A stretch of 64,000 nucleotides of DNA from Patellaria atrata CBS 101060 (lineage: Eukaryota), in NCBI GenBank assembly GCA_010093705.1, contig MU006094.1, forward strand, positions 905,550 to 969,549, written 5' to 3'. Shown in pieces: positions 1 through 13,410 of this stretch (positions are counted from its first letter, which is position 1; every line of letters begins with the position of its first letter). The position numbers were made by a program, and so were the translations under genes. A model generated the notes under the pieces. It was given only the letters and a program-made list of their open reading frames with translations. It was not told where the DNA came from and did not search any database.

Positions 1-418
1 ACTCTGGCATTCCAAACCATCTACCGCCTCCATGTCATCCCCCTCCGAACCTTCAACCTCCAAGCCTACGCTCGTCGCCGCGATCCGGTGTCGCATTCTC
101 CCCACCGAGTCAAAACCGACCCTCTACATCTCGACTATTGGCATCCTCTCACCTTACCGCTCTCATGGTCTAGCAACTCATCTTCTTTCACGCGTGTTGT
201 CGCATGCGATTGAGGAGTACGATGTTGGGACAGTGAGCGCACATGTGTGGGAGGCGAATGCGGAGGGTAGGGAGTGGTATCGGAAGCGCGGATTTGAGGA
301 GGTAGAGTGGGAGGAGGGGTATTATCGAAGGCTGAAACCGAACACGGCTATTAGGGTAGAGAGACGGGTGGGTGTAGGGGATTTGTTGATGACAGCGAGA
401 GAGGAGAGTGAGGGTTGA
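1..418 (+). CDS. GNAT N-acetyltransferase, NAA50/Nat5-like (3' part; 5' end probably upstream of the window)
   Basis: LYISTIGILSPYRSHGLATHLL (acetyl-CoA motif A), AHVWEAN..WYRKRGF and YYRRL are typical of Naa50-like GNATs. Confidence 0.75.
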   Translation, partial: LWHSKPSTASMSSPSEPSTSKPTLVAAIRCRILPTESKPTLYISTIGILSPYRSHGLATHLLSRVLSHAIEEYDVGTVSAHVWEANAEGREWYRKRGFEEVEWEEGYYRRLKPNTAIRVERRVGVGDLLMTAREESEG

Positions 419-1530
419 AGAGACGGTAATATTATGGTATGGTTCAGAGAGCAGTTCGATTGTTTGGACGCAGCAATAGGACAGACTGTAATGGTGGTTA
501 ACTCTCGACGATGCTCTTCGCCCTAAGAATTGGTGCTAAGCGATACCGTTACACCTGGAAGTAGAGATTCTGACTCTCCTCTCGATATCTATGCTACTTC
601 AGGAGACTGGCCGAAGATCGTCAGAAATTATTACGTCCCAATTACCATACGAGGAAAATGTGTTGCATCGTGAACAATTCAACCCTAACCTCGACTTTTA
701 CTCGGACCGATTCGATCATCTACTCGGTTTATTATGCACATGAGAATTGAACTTCCTTCCGGACGATGACACCACTCTTCCTATTAAAGAATTTGCAGAG
801 ATATTTGAAGAATTGAAAATGAGAGGCAGAAAACTTAGCTATTCAAGCAGTGACGCATAAAGAAAGTTCTTCAAAGCTGAGGTGGAAGCGGATGCGAAAA
901 ATGTTCCAATCCAGTGGTTTCTCGAACACTTTCCAGCACCAAGAAGAGACGGCACACGATCATGGAACGAAGAAAGCACGCAATTACCAAGTGAAAGCTA
1001 CATATAACGGATTCTTTTTCGATGACGTACAATAAAACAGGGCTCGTCAGCAGTAATTGTGAAGTTTTCAGCTCTACAGACCAGGGTTCACAAACTTTTC
1101 AGGGGAAGGAAGAGAGTTTCAGTCTTATTGTAAGCTCAGGAAATCATCTGTCAATGAGTACCCGATTCAGGTGGAACTTTAGGCGAGAGGAAAGGGGTGT
1201 CTAGCTTCTATGCTATTGAATCACTTGTCATCTCTCATATGACTATTTCTCCTTAGTCGATCGGAAATATTTGCATATCAATAATCAGTATGGCTGAATA
1301 GAATAGTTTCTTTAAGGTAGTATTTCTGAATATCGTGTCATCTCAGCACAAAATCACTTTCAAAAGGGAACACTAAACATTCAAGTCTCCGTTCAATATA
1401 TTGTATTCAGATCACCTGAAACAGGTAATAGCAAAACTCGGAAAATTACCACGAGCTTCCGCTACCGTTGACAACAATACATGACCTCTTGCGCTGACGA
1501 TTAAACCCAGACCGCTTTTAGACTTTGTGA

Positions 1531-2535
1531 TTACGATCCTTGCAGTCTCCTTCGTTCTATCCATTTCAATAAAGCTTCCACGTCGCGATCATGCTGATCG
1601 GCTGGTACGTACATCCACGTCTCCTTCTCCCTGTTCCAGCCCCGGTTTGGCATGTACGCTTCCAACATGTAGTAGTTGTCTCTATGGAAGGGGAAGTCCA
1701 AGCTTGGCGGCCCACTCCTTTCAAGGAAGTAGTCTGTTCCAGATAATTCGTCTTCTTTGGTCATGTGAAATCTTCTACGCTTGTTTCCCTTGTTCTCCCC
1801 GTGCCGACGAATAGAGCAAACAGTAGAGTTTAGATGTACCTCTAGAATGAGCGCATGCCATAAGGGGCTGCGCAAAGCTTTTGAGACTATTGCAGCGTTG
1901 GCCACGATAAGATCGGTATTCCACTGTGGTTGCGTTCCGCGCGGTATCATCGGAATAGGTTCGCCCTTCTCTAGATTAGGTTGCCAGTGGGCAAAATCAA
2001 TAACAAGACAGAGAGCGTTCCACCTGAGCATACAGGTAAGGCATGTACAGACTATGTTGGGATCAGACGGTAAGATGTGCTGGTAAGGCTTTTTATGGAT
2101 CCCTATAATCTCTTGACGCTCTTCGCTTTGCAGTATTGAATGAACGGATGGATCCATCGATTCTAACAGTACTGGGTATCGAAAGCATTTCTCTAAGCAT
2201 TGATAACGTCGGCAAATAATATGCTTTACAATGGTAGATGTCTCCTGGGTGATGAAGCCGTGTAGCGTCTTGCTAACACGTGATAATCGAAATACATCGC
2301 TTGGCCGAAGATAAGAAAGAAATTCTATCACGAGTTCGTATGGAAGATCTAATAATCCTTTAGGTTCGGTATTACGCTTCTTTTTCTGTAGTTTTTTTGA
2401 CTGCCTAGCGGTACGTTTCGAGTGCAAAATGAGCTTTTCCGTTCGATCTTCTAAAGGACCTTCATCTTCCCACGGTAATTGCGAAGATGGATCACTAATA
2501 GGAGAGGATGGCGGTTGGGGATGTAAGGTCTTCAT
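1531..2535 (-). CDS. F-box domain protein
   Basis: 334-aa ORF with the F-box motif LLDLPYELVIEFLSYLRPSDVFRLSRVSKTL. Confidence 0.85.
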   Translation of the reverse strand: MKTLHPQPPSSPISDPSSQLPWEDEGPLEDRTEKLILHSKRTARQSKKLQKKKRNTEPKGLLDLPYELVIEFLSYLRPSDVFRLSRVSKTLHGFITQETSTIVKHIICRRYQCLEKCFRYPVLLESMDPSVHSILQSEERQEIIGIHKKPYQHILPSDPNIVCTCLTCMLRWNALCLVIDFAHWQPNLEKGEPIPMIPRGTQPQWNTDLIVANAAIVSKALRSPLWHALILEVHLNSTVCSIRRHGENKGNKRRRFHMTKEDELSGTDYFLERSGPPSLDFPFHRDNYYMLEAYMPNRGWNREKETWMYVPADQHDRDVEALLKWIERRRLQGS

Positions 2536-5500
2536 TTACCTGGTCCGACAGGCAGCAAAAATACGAGTATCGAGTATCGTGCTGTGTACGTCCGTATTTG
2601 GAGAAGGTTCGTCATAACTAGATACCGTACAGCAAATGAGTGTATGCATTGTTTGCGGACTGCTTGGCTCAGCTTTACACGTGATGCAATATTGAGTAAA
2701 TATAGTAATGTCTATCACCCTTAAGTCTCATCAGATCAGACTGACCGATATTATTATTTCGTCAATCTCCCAGCACATAATAGACCAAATACTATGAACA
2801 AGGATTAATGCGAGCAAAACTTCTGCTCCTAAATATATCACACCGACCAGCCCAGCTTTCCCGATGTCGAATTGCCGAAGACGTGGCCAGCCATTTGGAA
2901 TCAAATAACTTGGGGTCCGAATACTTTGAAGTTACACGTGAAGATATGCCTTAGCTATGAAATCCAATTTCTGCTGGGGGATTGCAGCTACCACGATTGA
3001 AAGACTTGAGCGTATTTGGAGAAGGTACACAAGGAAGAGTACAGAGTACACCAAGCCGGAACCATATTCTCCAGCCGGCTGTACATCCCCGCTTTGTGTC
3101 AAATAGAGACAACCGACTGGTATATTTTCGATGTTATTACACGCGCATCTCGCATTCAGTTCCCTCTACCTAGCGAATGGGATGAGCCTACCTCGTATCC
3201 GCTGGCTTTAGCATAGCTCAAGCATGGGTACCACGAGCAGAAAGATACTTAATAGCGCACAAGATCTCTTTCCAAAACGGAAGATATGAATGACCTTAGC
3301 GGCAGTGCTCATCAAAACATGACGGAGTACGAACGGTTGGCTTTCTCCATCAATTGCACCGGCAGCAAGCTCAGACCCAGTGACTTTGACTCGGTATTGC
3401 TTATCTCTCATCAAGGTGCGAAAGAACTTTACCGTTCATTTATATTCCAAGGACAGATATAGACAGCAGAACGGAAGATATGGTATGAATCGTCAAAATA
3501 AGCTGGTTTTTGGGGTTCCAGCTGGGTGGTTAACCCAATACTTCCAGGTGTTATATGAACTATCAATCCGAGCATATCGGATTCTACCGCCAAGATCACT
3601 CGCTCAAAGTCTCTTTCTATGATAAACCAGGAGTCAAAGTTACTCTTAGTCGGGTTCCACTATTCCGACTTAGTCCCCTCTTCAAAAGAAGTTTTGTTGA
3701 CAATTCATAACGTCAGACCCACTAGATGGAAGATTTGATCATCTAGGAGAATTACACCAACGCCATTACCTCATACTTAGGTTACAGCTACGTGATTAGG
3801 TAATGTTATATTTGTAAGCTGAAACCTATGCTGTGAGACTCTGCCTAGGGAAATATTGTGTAGACATATTCGCATTCACTACTGTACAGGTACACTTCTC
3901 CCAGGTCCATGAACAGAATACAACAACCATTATGTTGAATTAGATGGAAATTTTCTGAAATGTGTGCCACAGGCGCCCAACGTCCACTCTTTCGGTAACC
4001 AGAATGAGCGTCACTTGGGACAACGATCCATATCTATGGTTCTTTACTATGCCGCAATCTGGGGTTCCACAACAGCCATCTTTAAAAAAGTTTCAACTCA
4101 ACGCTTGTTACCTTATCTTCAATATACTCTACGTCGTCCAGTTAATCTCATGTTAGTTTACCGCCGCATTTCGGTCAATATTTTAGGCACCAAACGTATT
4201 CTGAATGATGCACCATATGTATACAAGAGGCCCAGTAAGGAGGATCCGCAAGCAAGATAAACCTGGACGAATACCTGACCTTTACAGCGATATCTCAAAA
4301 CATCGGCAGTGATCAACGTGGGCTGAGCCATGCTACCACAGACCCTAATCAATCGTTACAACAGCCCAGAACATCTTCAAGCGATTCCAGTCAGCCTTCG
4401 GACATGCATTTGGATGATAATATGTTTCCGACGGGACGTTGCTCAATAAACGTGCAGCACTGTATATGTCTCGAATTGGACCTCGGAGAGGATATCAGCT
4501 TCACAGTTATATACGCACGAGACCATCTACAGGGTATGGAGACTCAGCCATCTTGATTCGGAAGTGTGCTATATGGTTCCACAACTACCGAAGAACCCCT
4601 TACATACCAGGTATCCGCACATATCCTAATTCCTGGAGTGTCGGTACAATTTATCTTCCTACAAGGGGCCTCATGTTTCGATCAAGATGTTTCGATCAAG
4701 GTGTTGCACACTCAGCTCGCCCAGTCATTCCAGCACCCAACACATCCCGGACAGTTCCCACAACTTATATCATTCTTAGCTAGGATCTATAATCGTCTGT
4801 TCATAGAATCCTAGTGGAGTGGTACGAATGATAGTCCTCATTGTCAATCATTATCCGAGGCACAAATAGTATAATTTCACAGTTGTAATCTCATTGTTAA
4901 AGTCTGGTGTCTGTATTAGCGTCATTTGCTTCAAAGATAATCCTTGTAATTTTGATATTCAACTTTCACGTACGCAGATACAATTTTCTTCTGGAACACT
5001 ATCCGTTTCTCTTCAATATCGCTTCAACGATACCCCAAAAAGAGGTGGAAAATATTGGAGAGGAAGTTCTTTGAATAATAACTGGATGTGAAACAGGAAC
5101 GGGGTGATCTGAAATATACCGAAGCTCCTCGAATCATTCAGATTGCCTTTGTTATTTGCCTAGTCCAACCTAGGAGGTCAGTATATCAGTAGTCTGAGGT
5201 CAAATCATTGTTCTTGTGATTATCTCATGCATATTATTTTGGCTTTACTCATAGCAGTGATGTCTCTGTGGGCATCAAGGCCGAGTTCCTTTCGTTACTT
5301 TCGTATATCTCCCACTTTCAGGTGATGCGGCCCTGGGTTTGATATTATCCCATCGCTGTTCTGCTCTATCTTCTTTGGGAGACAATGTGATTCCGGGCGG
5401 CCCGCCCATACACATTCAGTCTCTTAACAGGCCCAATCTATAGCTGGTAGACGTGAGTAGAGTGCTGCTGCTGCATACCACGCTGTTCTATCACAAAAAG

Positions 5501-7211
5501 CATCTCTGCCGTCTTTCTTGCGTTCCCTGATTGCATCACCGGGAAGAACTATTTTTCCCTCGCTGAAGTGGGAGTAGTTGTATCGCGCGATACGACGCGG
5601 GATGCGGCTCCCCTTCAAATAATCAGGCTTTCGATAAGGACGATCCCTTGTTTGCATTATCAGAAGTATTGACGATGATGAATTGAATATGGAAGGCGTA
5701 AAGGGTTATTGCGTAGTTGTGGGGGTTCCAGAACGCCTTTCAAGAATATCAAGTGGGGGAGGCGCTTACTAGGGTACAAATACCTGATAGATAAAGTACT
5801 ATCGATGCATAAAGGTTTAGACCACAGACATCCAAGGAGCATGTTCCTCCCCTAGAGGTTGAGGAAGCTTCATCTCAGCGATGAGGTACCTCGGCTTTCA
5901 CATTAGGATCTACTTATTACCATGTGCTTGCGCTTCCAGCATTAGGCGAACGCCTGAGTATGGGCATGTGGGAACTTGAAAGGCACGGCTCATTGCATTT
6001 TATTGTTGCTCGGTGATGAAATCTATACAGAGATATGGATATTGAGAGTCGGATGTCATTAATACGAGTTACGGTAATATTCTTACACTTTGGTCAAACT
6101 TAGTTCTACCACCTTATTCAACAATACTCTACGGAGTACCGACTATAAATAACGGCGGACTACTACCGAATACGGATCGAAGAGAGAATAGCGTATTCCA
6201 GTGACGATACACAAGTCATACGTTAACTACATAGCGACATATCGAGATTTATAGCTGGATCTTTTTGATACAGTAATCCATTACACGGCGAAAAGCTAGG
6301 AAACTATGGCAATACCGTTCTGCAGCTATCGACCTTCTCCTTAATCGGATCCTAGCAAAGCTCAGGCTGTCATTTGGTCTTATGAGAGTATTGTAAGTGC
6401 TTGAATTAAGATCTTCCCCTAGCTTAACGTTTCATGTTTGACCGGTTACGTGATATTATCGGCGTGTAATCACGGATAATATACAGCTGCACGAAGGACA
6501 TGCTCAACAAATGAAATGTATAACATGAGACGAATCGGAATCAAGTTCAAGAGGTGCTCGAGTACAGCTTAAGGTAAGTTACAAGGGCGAAATTGTAAAT
6601 GGAGGGGTGACTTTCCGTCAGCACTTCCTCCCTGAGGTACTGTAACTTATGATACAGGAGTCCCAAAGCCATGTGCCGGGAGGCTTGCAGGAATATCTCA
6701 ACAGATGGGCTGGAGTTCGGAGGGCTGTCTGGATGGAGGTGCAACGCAGAAACGGTCGACGCCATTGACAATTATCCTGGAAGCTGGCTGACGCGGGGAC
6801 ACAAAATCCCACAATGATTAGGATGCACCCGAACCGTCGCGGCACAGATACATCTTGGCATGTAGATGGAACTCGACGATCAGGACTTTTAGACATCCAG
6901 CATCATTATTGACGATATTTCAAGAAACTCGTTCTTTCAAGTTCAACGGGAAGAGTTTATCTAACCATCCATTTCGGGAATGGGTCCCACGCCAAGTCGC
7001 TTCTTTTTGCGGGAATGGGTTGATCAAGGATATCTATCTGGGGCATGCTGGAAAGTGACGACCTACGATCTCAACCGCACACGTCGACTGTGCAACTGCA
7101 AGAACTGGGGAATCGTCCTGTGAGTCCCAGTCTCAATAAAGAGTTGCGGCTTGGATGTTGAGTAAGATAAATCGGGCGACGGCATCTAGAGGTAAGCCTA
7201 GACCCTAGAGT

Positions 7212-7244
7212 ACGCATAGCACGCATAGCACGCATAGCACGCAT
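7212..7244. repeat. 9-bp tandem repeat (ACGCATAGC x3.7)
   Basis: Directly visible in the sequence. Confidence 0.9.
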
Positions 7245-8836
7245 CTTCCCCCTCTCATGTACTTCTATCTGGACACTGACTATGGCATGGCTTAGCGAAA
7301 AAACATTGCGTGCCTCCGACGTCTGCAGCTCAACCTGCGGACGGAATCCGTAGAAACGCAGGGGGGAACACATGGGTCAATTATCAAAATGCTAATGGCT
7401 AAAAGTAGTACTGCTTAGGCTACGAGCAGACCAAGCCAAGTCGAAGCACCTTCAGCATTTAGATAATTTCCACCACAGGACACCAATGGTGTTTGCTCCA
7501 GTCAGGCACAAGAATACTGCATGAGCTGGAAAGATTCCGGCAACCGGTCACCCAGCCGCTCATTCTTGAGCAACATGCAGCTGGGACTTGCCAATGATTT
7601 AACTGCGGTGTCGGTTTAATATAGAAATAAACCCTCAAAACATTGATTTGCAGGGTCGATCTTAACTACCACGAGGACTTTCGCAGGGATCTGTCCGCAT
7701 AAGGTTCCAAGATGGTCATTTTCTGGTATACACTTACAGAATAACGACCAGGCTATCAATCAATTCTCCATGCACTCCCACAAAGTCAAGTTGAGACCAA
7801 GATGGCCGCCGGCGCCTACGTACGACATCACATAGCCCGCCTATCAATGATCTTCAACCGTCAAGCCTCACCGTTAGCATGGCGTATGGCTTGTGGTAGC
7901 TTCACGCCATCTCCACAGGAACACAGTAGGTGGCTTGTTAACGAGGAACGTAGGTGTCTTTGCGCCCCAGAATTCTAGTGATTAAATGAACAGACGGACC
8001 TCCGTAATGTACTACTTTGTGCTTGGGGACGTCACCAGAAGTACCTAGATGGACAAGATATCCCCTTCTGTAGGACAACGTTGAACACTGTAATCCCACG
8101 CGGTGTTTGTAACCGTCCCCCGGTCACCCCTCGTGCTGATCATGGTGCCTTTCCCGGGCCGTCTACGATCCTTGCTATCTATCTAGAAGCTGGCTTCAAT
8201 TATGCTCTTCTACCAGCACATAGAATCATTTCCCTGTACCTACCTGGCTTCTCATCTAGGATCAACCGACGCCAAAACTCAGTTTCGCTTCCAGTGCAAC
8301 GGTTTGACGGGAACCTCTCATCTACCCGTTGTTAGTATCCTCTGAAGTTGACATGGTCCAGAAAATGCCTATACGATACTTCCTAGTCCCCCAACAACGT
8401 ACTACATCTACCGTGGACTTTATTTTCACCAGCTAGTTTTACCAGACGAGCTCAGTGTCGTTGCGTTTTCCGGGTAAGCGCAAACTGGGAAAGGCTCTGT
8501 CCGAATTAAGCCCCGGTGGTTTGGAACTCATTTGCACACACAGCTTGTTATCTCCTCTGTACCGACGGGGCCAAAACAACGTGGGTGGAAGGGATCAGGC
8601 CTGAATATATGTTCAGGAGTTGACTTAAAACTTCAAAGCGTCCCTAACAGACGGAAGGAAGGTCTGCTTGATAACATCAGTGTCAGTTGTAGCCAGACCA
8701 TCGATACTTGACCTGAGTAACACTATCATCCTTTTGGGCGTTCTTCCGCGTTGACCTCGTATTAGCGGGTTATTTAGGAAAATAAAGGCTTACTGTCGAT
8801 CGTGGCGTAGAAGTGGGCTTTGAAATAACACGGATC

Positions 8837-10385
8837 ATGTCACCTTACAGCAAATACCCGCAGAATATGGACATTCTCTACAACAGTCACTCAACACCTT
8901 CACTTGGCTCACTTGCCGCATCATCAACATCTTCTACAATTTCCTCAAGACATTCAGTTTCCGTTCGCCATCGAAGAACACGATCAATTACAGGAGATCT
9001 GAAGGATGACAATGTTGCATATCCTCCTCGGCAACGAGATGTGACAACAAAACTCCGAGCAGCATGTGACTTTTGCCATTCAGCCAAAGTCAAGTGTACC
9101 GGGGAGGCAACTTGTGCCCGATGTAAGAATTATGCGGTACCTTGTGTTTATAGCTTTGCTATTAAAGCTGGTAAACCTAAGGGTAGCAAGAATAAGAAGA
9201 CAATAGAAAAGTTAGAGATGCTCCGACTACGTGCGGATACATCTTCAGAACAATCTTATATCGATAAGGACTCAAGAGGGTCTATATCGAACTCAACTGC
9301 AAGCCCCGAATCAGTATCATCAAGACCTTCACCACCACTTGGAAATGAGATAATTCCAGCCGGATATAAAGATTGTCCCTCCGTTTCGAACGAATTTTGG
9401 GTGAATGGCAATGTATATCCGGGTCTCTATAGGAATAACTCAAATACGGAGTCCAGGAGCCAGTTTAGCACTGCTAGTCTAGAACCGACTGTCGGAGTCA
9501 TATTGTCTCCAACTGAGGTGAGTTCTGCAAAGATTAGTCGGAGACCTAGAGACACGTCCGCAATGCTAATCAGTGGTCTAGTATACTCCGAGGTCTCATG
9601 AACATGGCGGTCCAAACATATGGACGTTAGCTCATGCAGCCACCGAACCCAATTGTGATTCTGTAACATCATTCGAGTTGTATGATCAGGTTTCACCTCT
9701 TTATGCTTCCTGTTCTAGCATATCATCCGGATCAAGTCATGCTCTTCAACAAACAAGTAACGAGCAAAACAATACTTGGCTTCAGAATTTTTCACATAGC
9801 GCTTCTGTGGCCAGTAGCAGCGATCTGCCATCTCCATCCAGCATTTCAGATCCCGGTCTGACAGTCAATTGTAATTGTTTTGAGCGTCAAAATGTTGAAA
9901 TGTCCAACCTATGTGCGATCAAAAGCAAACGATTTGACAGCCGTCTACGCAGCATCATGTCTACACTAGACGCAGTCGACTCTTTCCTCCGCTGTTCGAC
10001 CTGCGTAAGGAATTCCCAATTTCTTTGGGCAACGGTTGCGACACTACAGCTTCTCGTACACCAACTATGTGCATTAGCGACCGAGTCAAATACCACGGAT
10101 CAATCTACAGACCAAGGTGAAAGCAGAATCACAGTTGGAGACTATCTCCCCAGCACGGACGACGAAAAAGTCATGAAAGCCGTGTTAATATGTCGCACGG
10201 CGGGAAAGGCTTCTGCGATCCTGAGCAGCGCTGGAAGACTTATTGAGGAGGTCGCGGCCGGGAACTCCATGGGCGATCAGAACCTGGGAAACGTGAGATA
10301 CGCCTTTCAGAATTGCAGCGCTACTCTCGAGAAATCGGTACGGCCGTCTCAACAGTTGGTCTATTCAACACTAGGTCCGGTATGA
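8837..10385 (+). CDS. Zn(II)2Cys6 transcription factor, AflR-like architecture; intron 9518-9581
   Basis: RAACDFCHSAKVKCTGEATCARCKNYAVPCVYS cluster followed by GKPKG; the GTGAGT..GCTAAT..TAG intron joins ORFs 8813 and 9678 in frame; the C-terminal CNC..CSTC helical region resembles AflR-type regulators. Confidence 0.85.
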
Positions 10386-11589
10386 ATTGATAGCCAATTC
10401 CAAACAACGAGTTACGACGGTACGAAGAGTATGAAAGCTGTGCAGCTGAAGGGACGGTGGTTTTCTTGTTCGCTCGAGTTGGACTTTCATTCTTGTAATT
10501 CCAGACATCCTTTTTTTTTTATGTTTTCTTAGCAGGTCCTGCACATCTTGCTTTTTCTCTCTGCCATTGTCCTCTGATTTATTCATACCCTTTACTCGCC
10601 TTTTTTCGTGGGTAGGTTGTCTGAGTATCCATTCTCCTACGTATGTCCGATAGATCTCTTGGCGTACATGACCTCAAAAGTTCAATGTCCACTCGTGCAG
10701 GTACTGGGACTTTGTTCCCCCGTCTTCCCTGCTAGATATATTGTATAATTAATATCCTTCGTAGACACATTGTCATATATTTGTCAGTAAAAAAACTTAT
10801 TACTGCAGTAAAAGGAGAAACCTGGATACGGTAGTTTGCTCTTTGGCCTTGTTATTGAGTGATATGTCCATCTTCACGTCAAGCCGTTCCAGTACCTCGC
10901 TGTCCCCCCGTCCCCCTTCCCCGAGAGAAAGAACATAAGAAAAAAGAAATAGTCCAGCTCTTTAGTATATCGAGTTAAACCGCACCAGGCCTAAAAAAAA
11001 AAAAACATCATCCGATCTTCTCCAAACCCTTCAAGAGAGTCACGGACCTTCCCGCCGACAAAACATGCATCTCACAATTACTAAACGCGGAAGCTTCAAG
11101 TGACGAGGATTCAGTCACGACGGTCGCAGCATCGGCTTCGCTTTCCAATACCTTACTCTCCCTGCCCTGCCCTGCCTGCTCTGGTCTAGTCCGCTTCTCT
11201 CAAATACCCACCACGAATCGATCACTCCTGTCACTCACGTCGATCACCTGCGAGTGGAAAAACTATCTGTGCTTTAGCGTTAGGGTTTAGCATAGCTTAC
11301 CCTCTGCTGCAGAACTGATGCTAGATCCCAGACCTGAAAGAAAGGGGTGTTACTTGATTGGAACCACCTAACCCACGGGATTATGCTCAGGGGCTGAGGG
11401 ATATATCCAACGTTTGATTCTCTAAGATGTATTGTTCCATAGTGGATAATATACTACGTGAGGTGACCGTGACATGACATGCTAAGACTGACATCTAGAT
11501 GCTTGTACTATCCATCCTGCTATCTATTCCCTCCCCCCCTTTCCCCCTCTTCCGCCTCTTCCCCCTCACACCCAAAAACCGCAACTACC

Positions 11590-13410
11590 CTACGAACTCG
11601 GCGCCTCAGCCCCGCTCCTCCCCGCCACCAGCGCGATAAGCGCAGCACCAACCCCACTCCCATCCTTCGCAATCCCGATCCTGACCCTCTCCTCCTTTTC
11701 CCCAATCCCCTCGACCTCCCTCAACGCCTCCCTCAAATACATCTCAAAGCCAGGATAAAACTCAACAAGAGATCCATCGACGCCGACATCGACGACATCT
11801 TCGGTGTCAAGGCGGCCGGAAGCGAGTACGACAGCCGCGATAGCGACGGCGGAGAGACGAGCGGCGCGCCGGCCGATGGCGCCTGCGATGGCGCGGACGG
11901 CCTTTGCGTGATCGGTCGAGGCGGAGGCGACGGCGAAGTCATTTTCGAGGGCTTGGCGGGTGATGTTCAGGTCTGGGGTTTGGTCTGCTTCCGTGAGAGA
12001 GAGGAATGAGGTATCGAGGCCCCAAGTTTTCAATAAGGGGGAGTTGGGAGCGAGATCGGCGGCGTCGGAAGTTTCGTCTTTGAAGAGGGCGTGGTCGTGG
12101 GCGAGGGAGATTAAGGCCCTTCGTAAGATCTCGCCGAGGAACATGCCGGAGACTCGCTTCTCGAACATTTGGATGCCCGGGTTCACGCTGGCTTTGTCGA
12201 GATCCGCGTCGTAGGGGGTGTTGGGGAGAACGCTCAGGGAGTTGTCGAAGGAGCCCCATTCTGTGTTTACGATCATTTCGCCGGTGCTCTCGTCGTAATC
12301 GCCTGCGTTTTTGTCTTCTACCAATTTCTTGATCGATGGGAGTTTCTCGACGTAAGCACCGTTGGTGCCGGTGCCGAATATGGCGCCTAGGAGCGTGGTA
12401 CTCTTCCCCGGCGAGGTGTACGAGCGCGCCATGAGTGTACCCACGGTATCGTTCACGAGCGCGGCAACGCGGACGGGGAGGTGTAGGGCATCGAGTTCGT
12501 CCTGCAGCAAAACACACACGTCCTTGCCCACCGCATCCTGGATATCGAAGCCCTTGGTCCAGCGTATAAGCATGCCCCTGTTAATCCCGATCTGCTGAAC
12601 CGGGAAGCTGAACGTGAAACCCAAATCGAAAATCTCCTCCTCTTCCGTGTTGTCGCCGGCCTGCTTCTTGCGCTTGTACCCCTGGTAATGGTCGTTGTGG
12701 TGAGTCTCAAGGAAAAGCTGGATCTGTTTGGCGAGAAAGGAGAAGAGCTCTTTGGCGGTCTTTGCTACCATAAGCTCGTGTGGGATGGGGACTTTCGACT
12801 GGGTGAGGGAGAAAGTTGTGTTGCCGTGTAGTTGGACGGAGCAGACGCGGAAGTTTGTACCGCCGAGGTCGACGGCCATGTATAGACCCTGTGTAGACAT
12901 ATTAGCGGGTACTGGTCTTGAAGCTATGAGTGTCTCTTCCCCCTGCGGTGAGATTGCCCAATTGCGTACGCTCGCATCCGAAAAAAGTTTCTACCATGAC
13001 GTACAGCAGGCCGAGGACGTACAGAGGTCTCCTGACTGTACCAGTGGCTTGACAGTATAGATCGTAAGAGCTCTTTAATCTTTCGTACAATGGCTCCCAG
13101 CCATCAAGTGTCCAGCAAGGGCACATCACCCTCATACTACCAACCGCGATGAGGGGGAAATATAGTAATTGACCCTACCTTTTCTGTCCCATTCGGCACC
13201 GCCGTGACATACGTCGGGATCTGGCTCAAATGCGTCCCATCCTTCCGTAGACCCTCCTCTATACAACAAGTCAGTCCCAATCACGCCACCAACTAGTTGT
13301 AGTAAATTCTAACCCATTTCCCTCATAAACTCCTTTGTCGCCTTTCTCACATCTTCAGCGGAGAAGTCGAACTCGGCGACGACCCGCTTCACCTCCTCAG
13401 CGAGACCCAT
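11590..13410 (-). CDS. glkA: Glucokinase (hexokinase family); introns 13313-13259 and 13178-12889
   Basis: Motifs AVDLGGTNFRV, LGFTFSFP, WTKGF, LVNDTVGT, IFGTGTNGAY, NTEWGSFD, DGSGVGAAL; exon 2 encodes QIPTYVTAVPNGTEK; splice sites keep the frame. Confidence 0.93.

Noticed and set aside
681..690. Telomere-like AACCCTAACC
   Set aside because: Fewer than two units; expected by chance
11479..12710. Several antisense or alternative-frame ORFs over glucokinase (likewise over the GH3, SUB2, RQT4, NIPA and Acr-2-like genes)
   Set aside because: Shadow ORFs caused by codon bias; no recognisable domains
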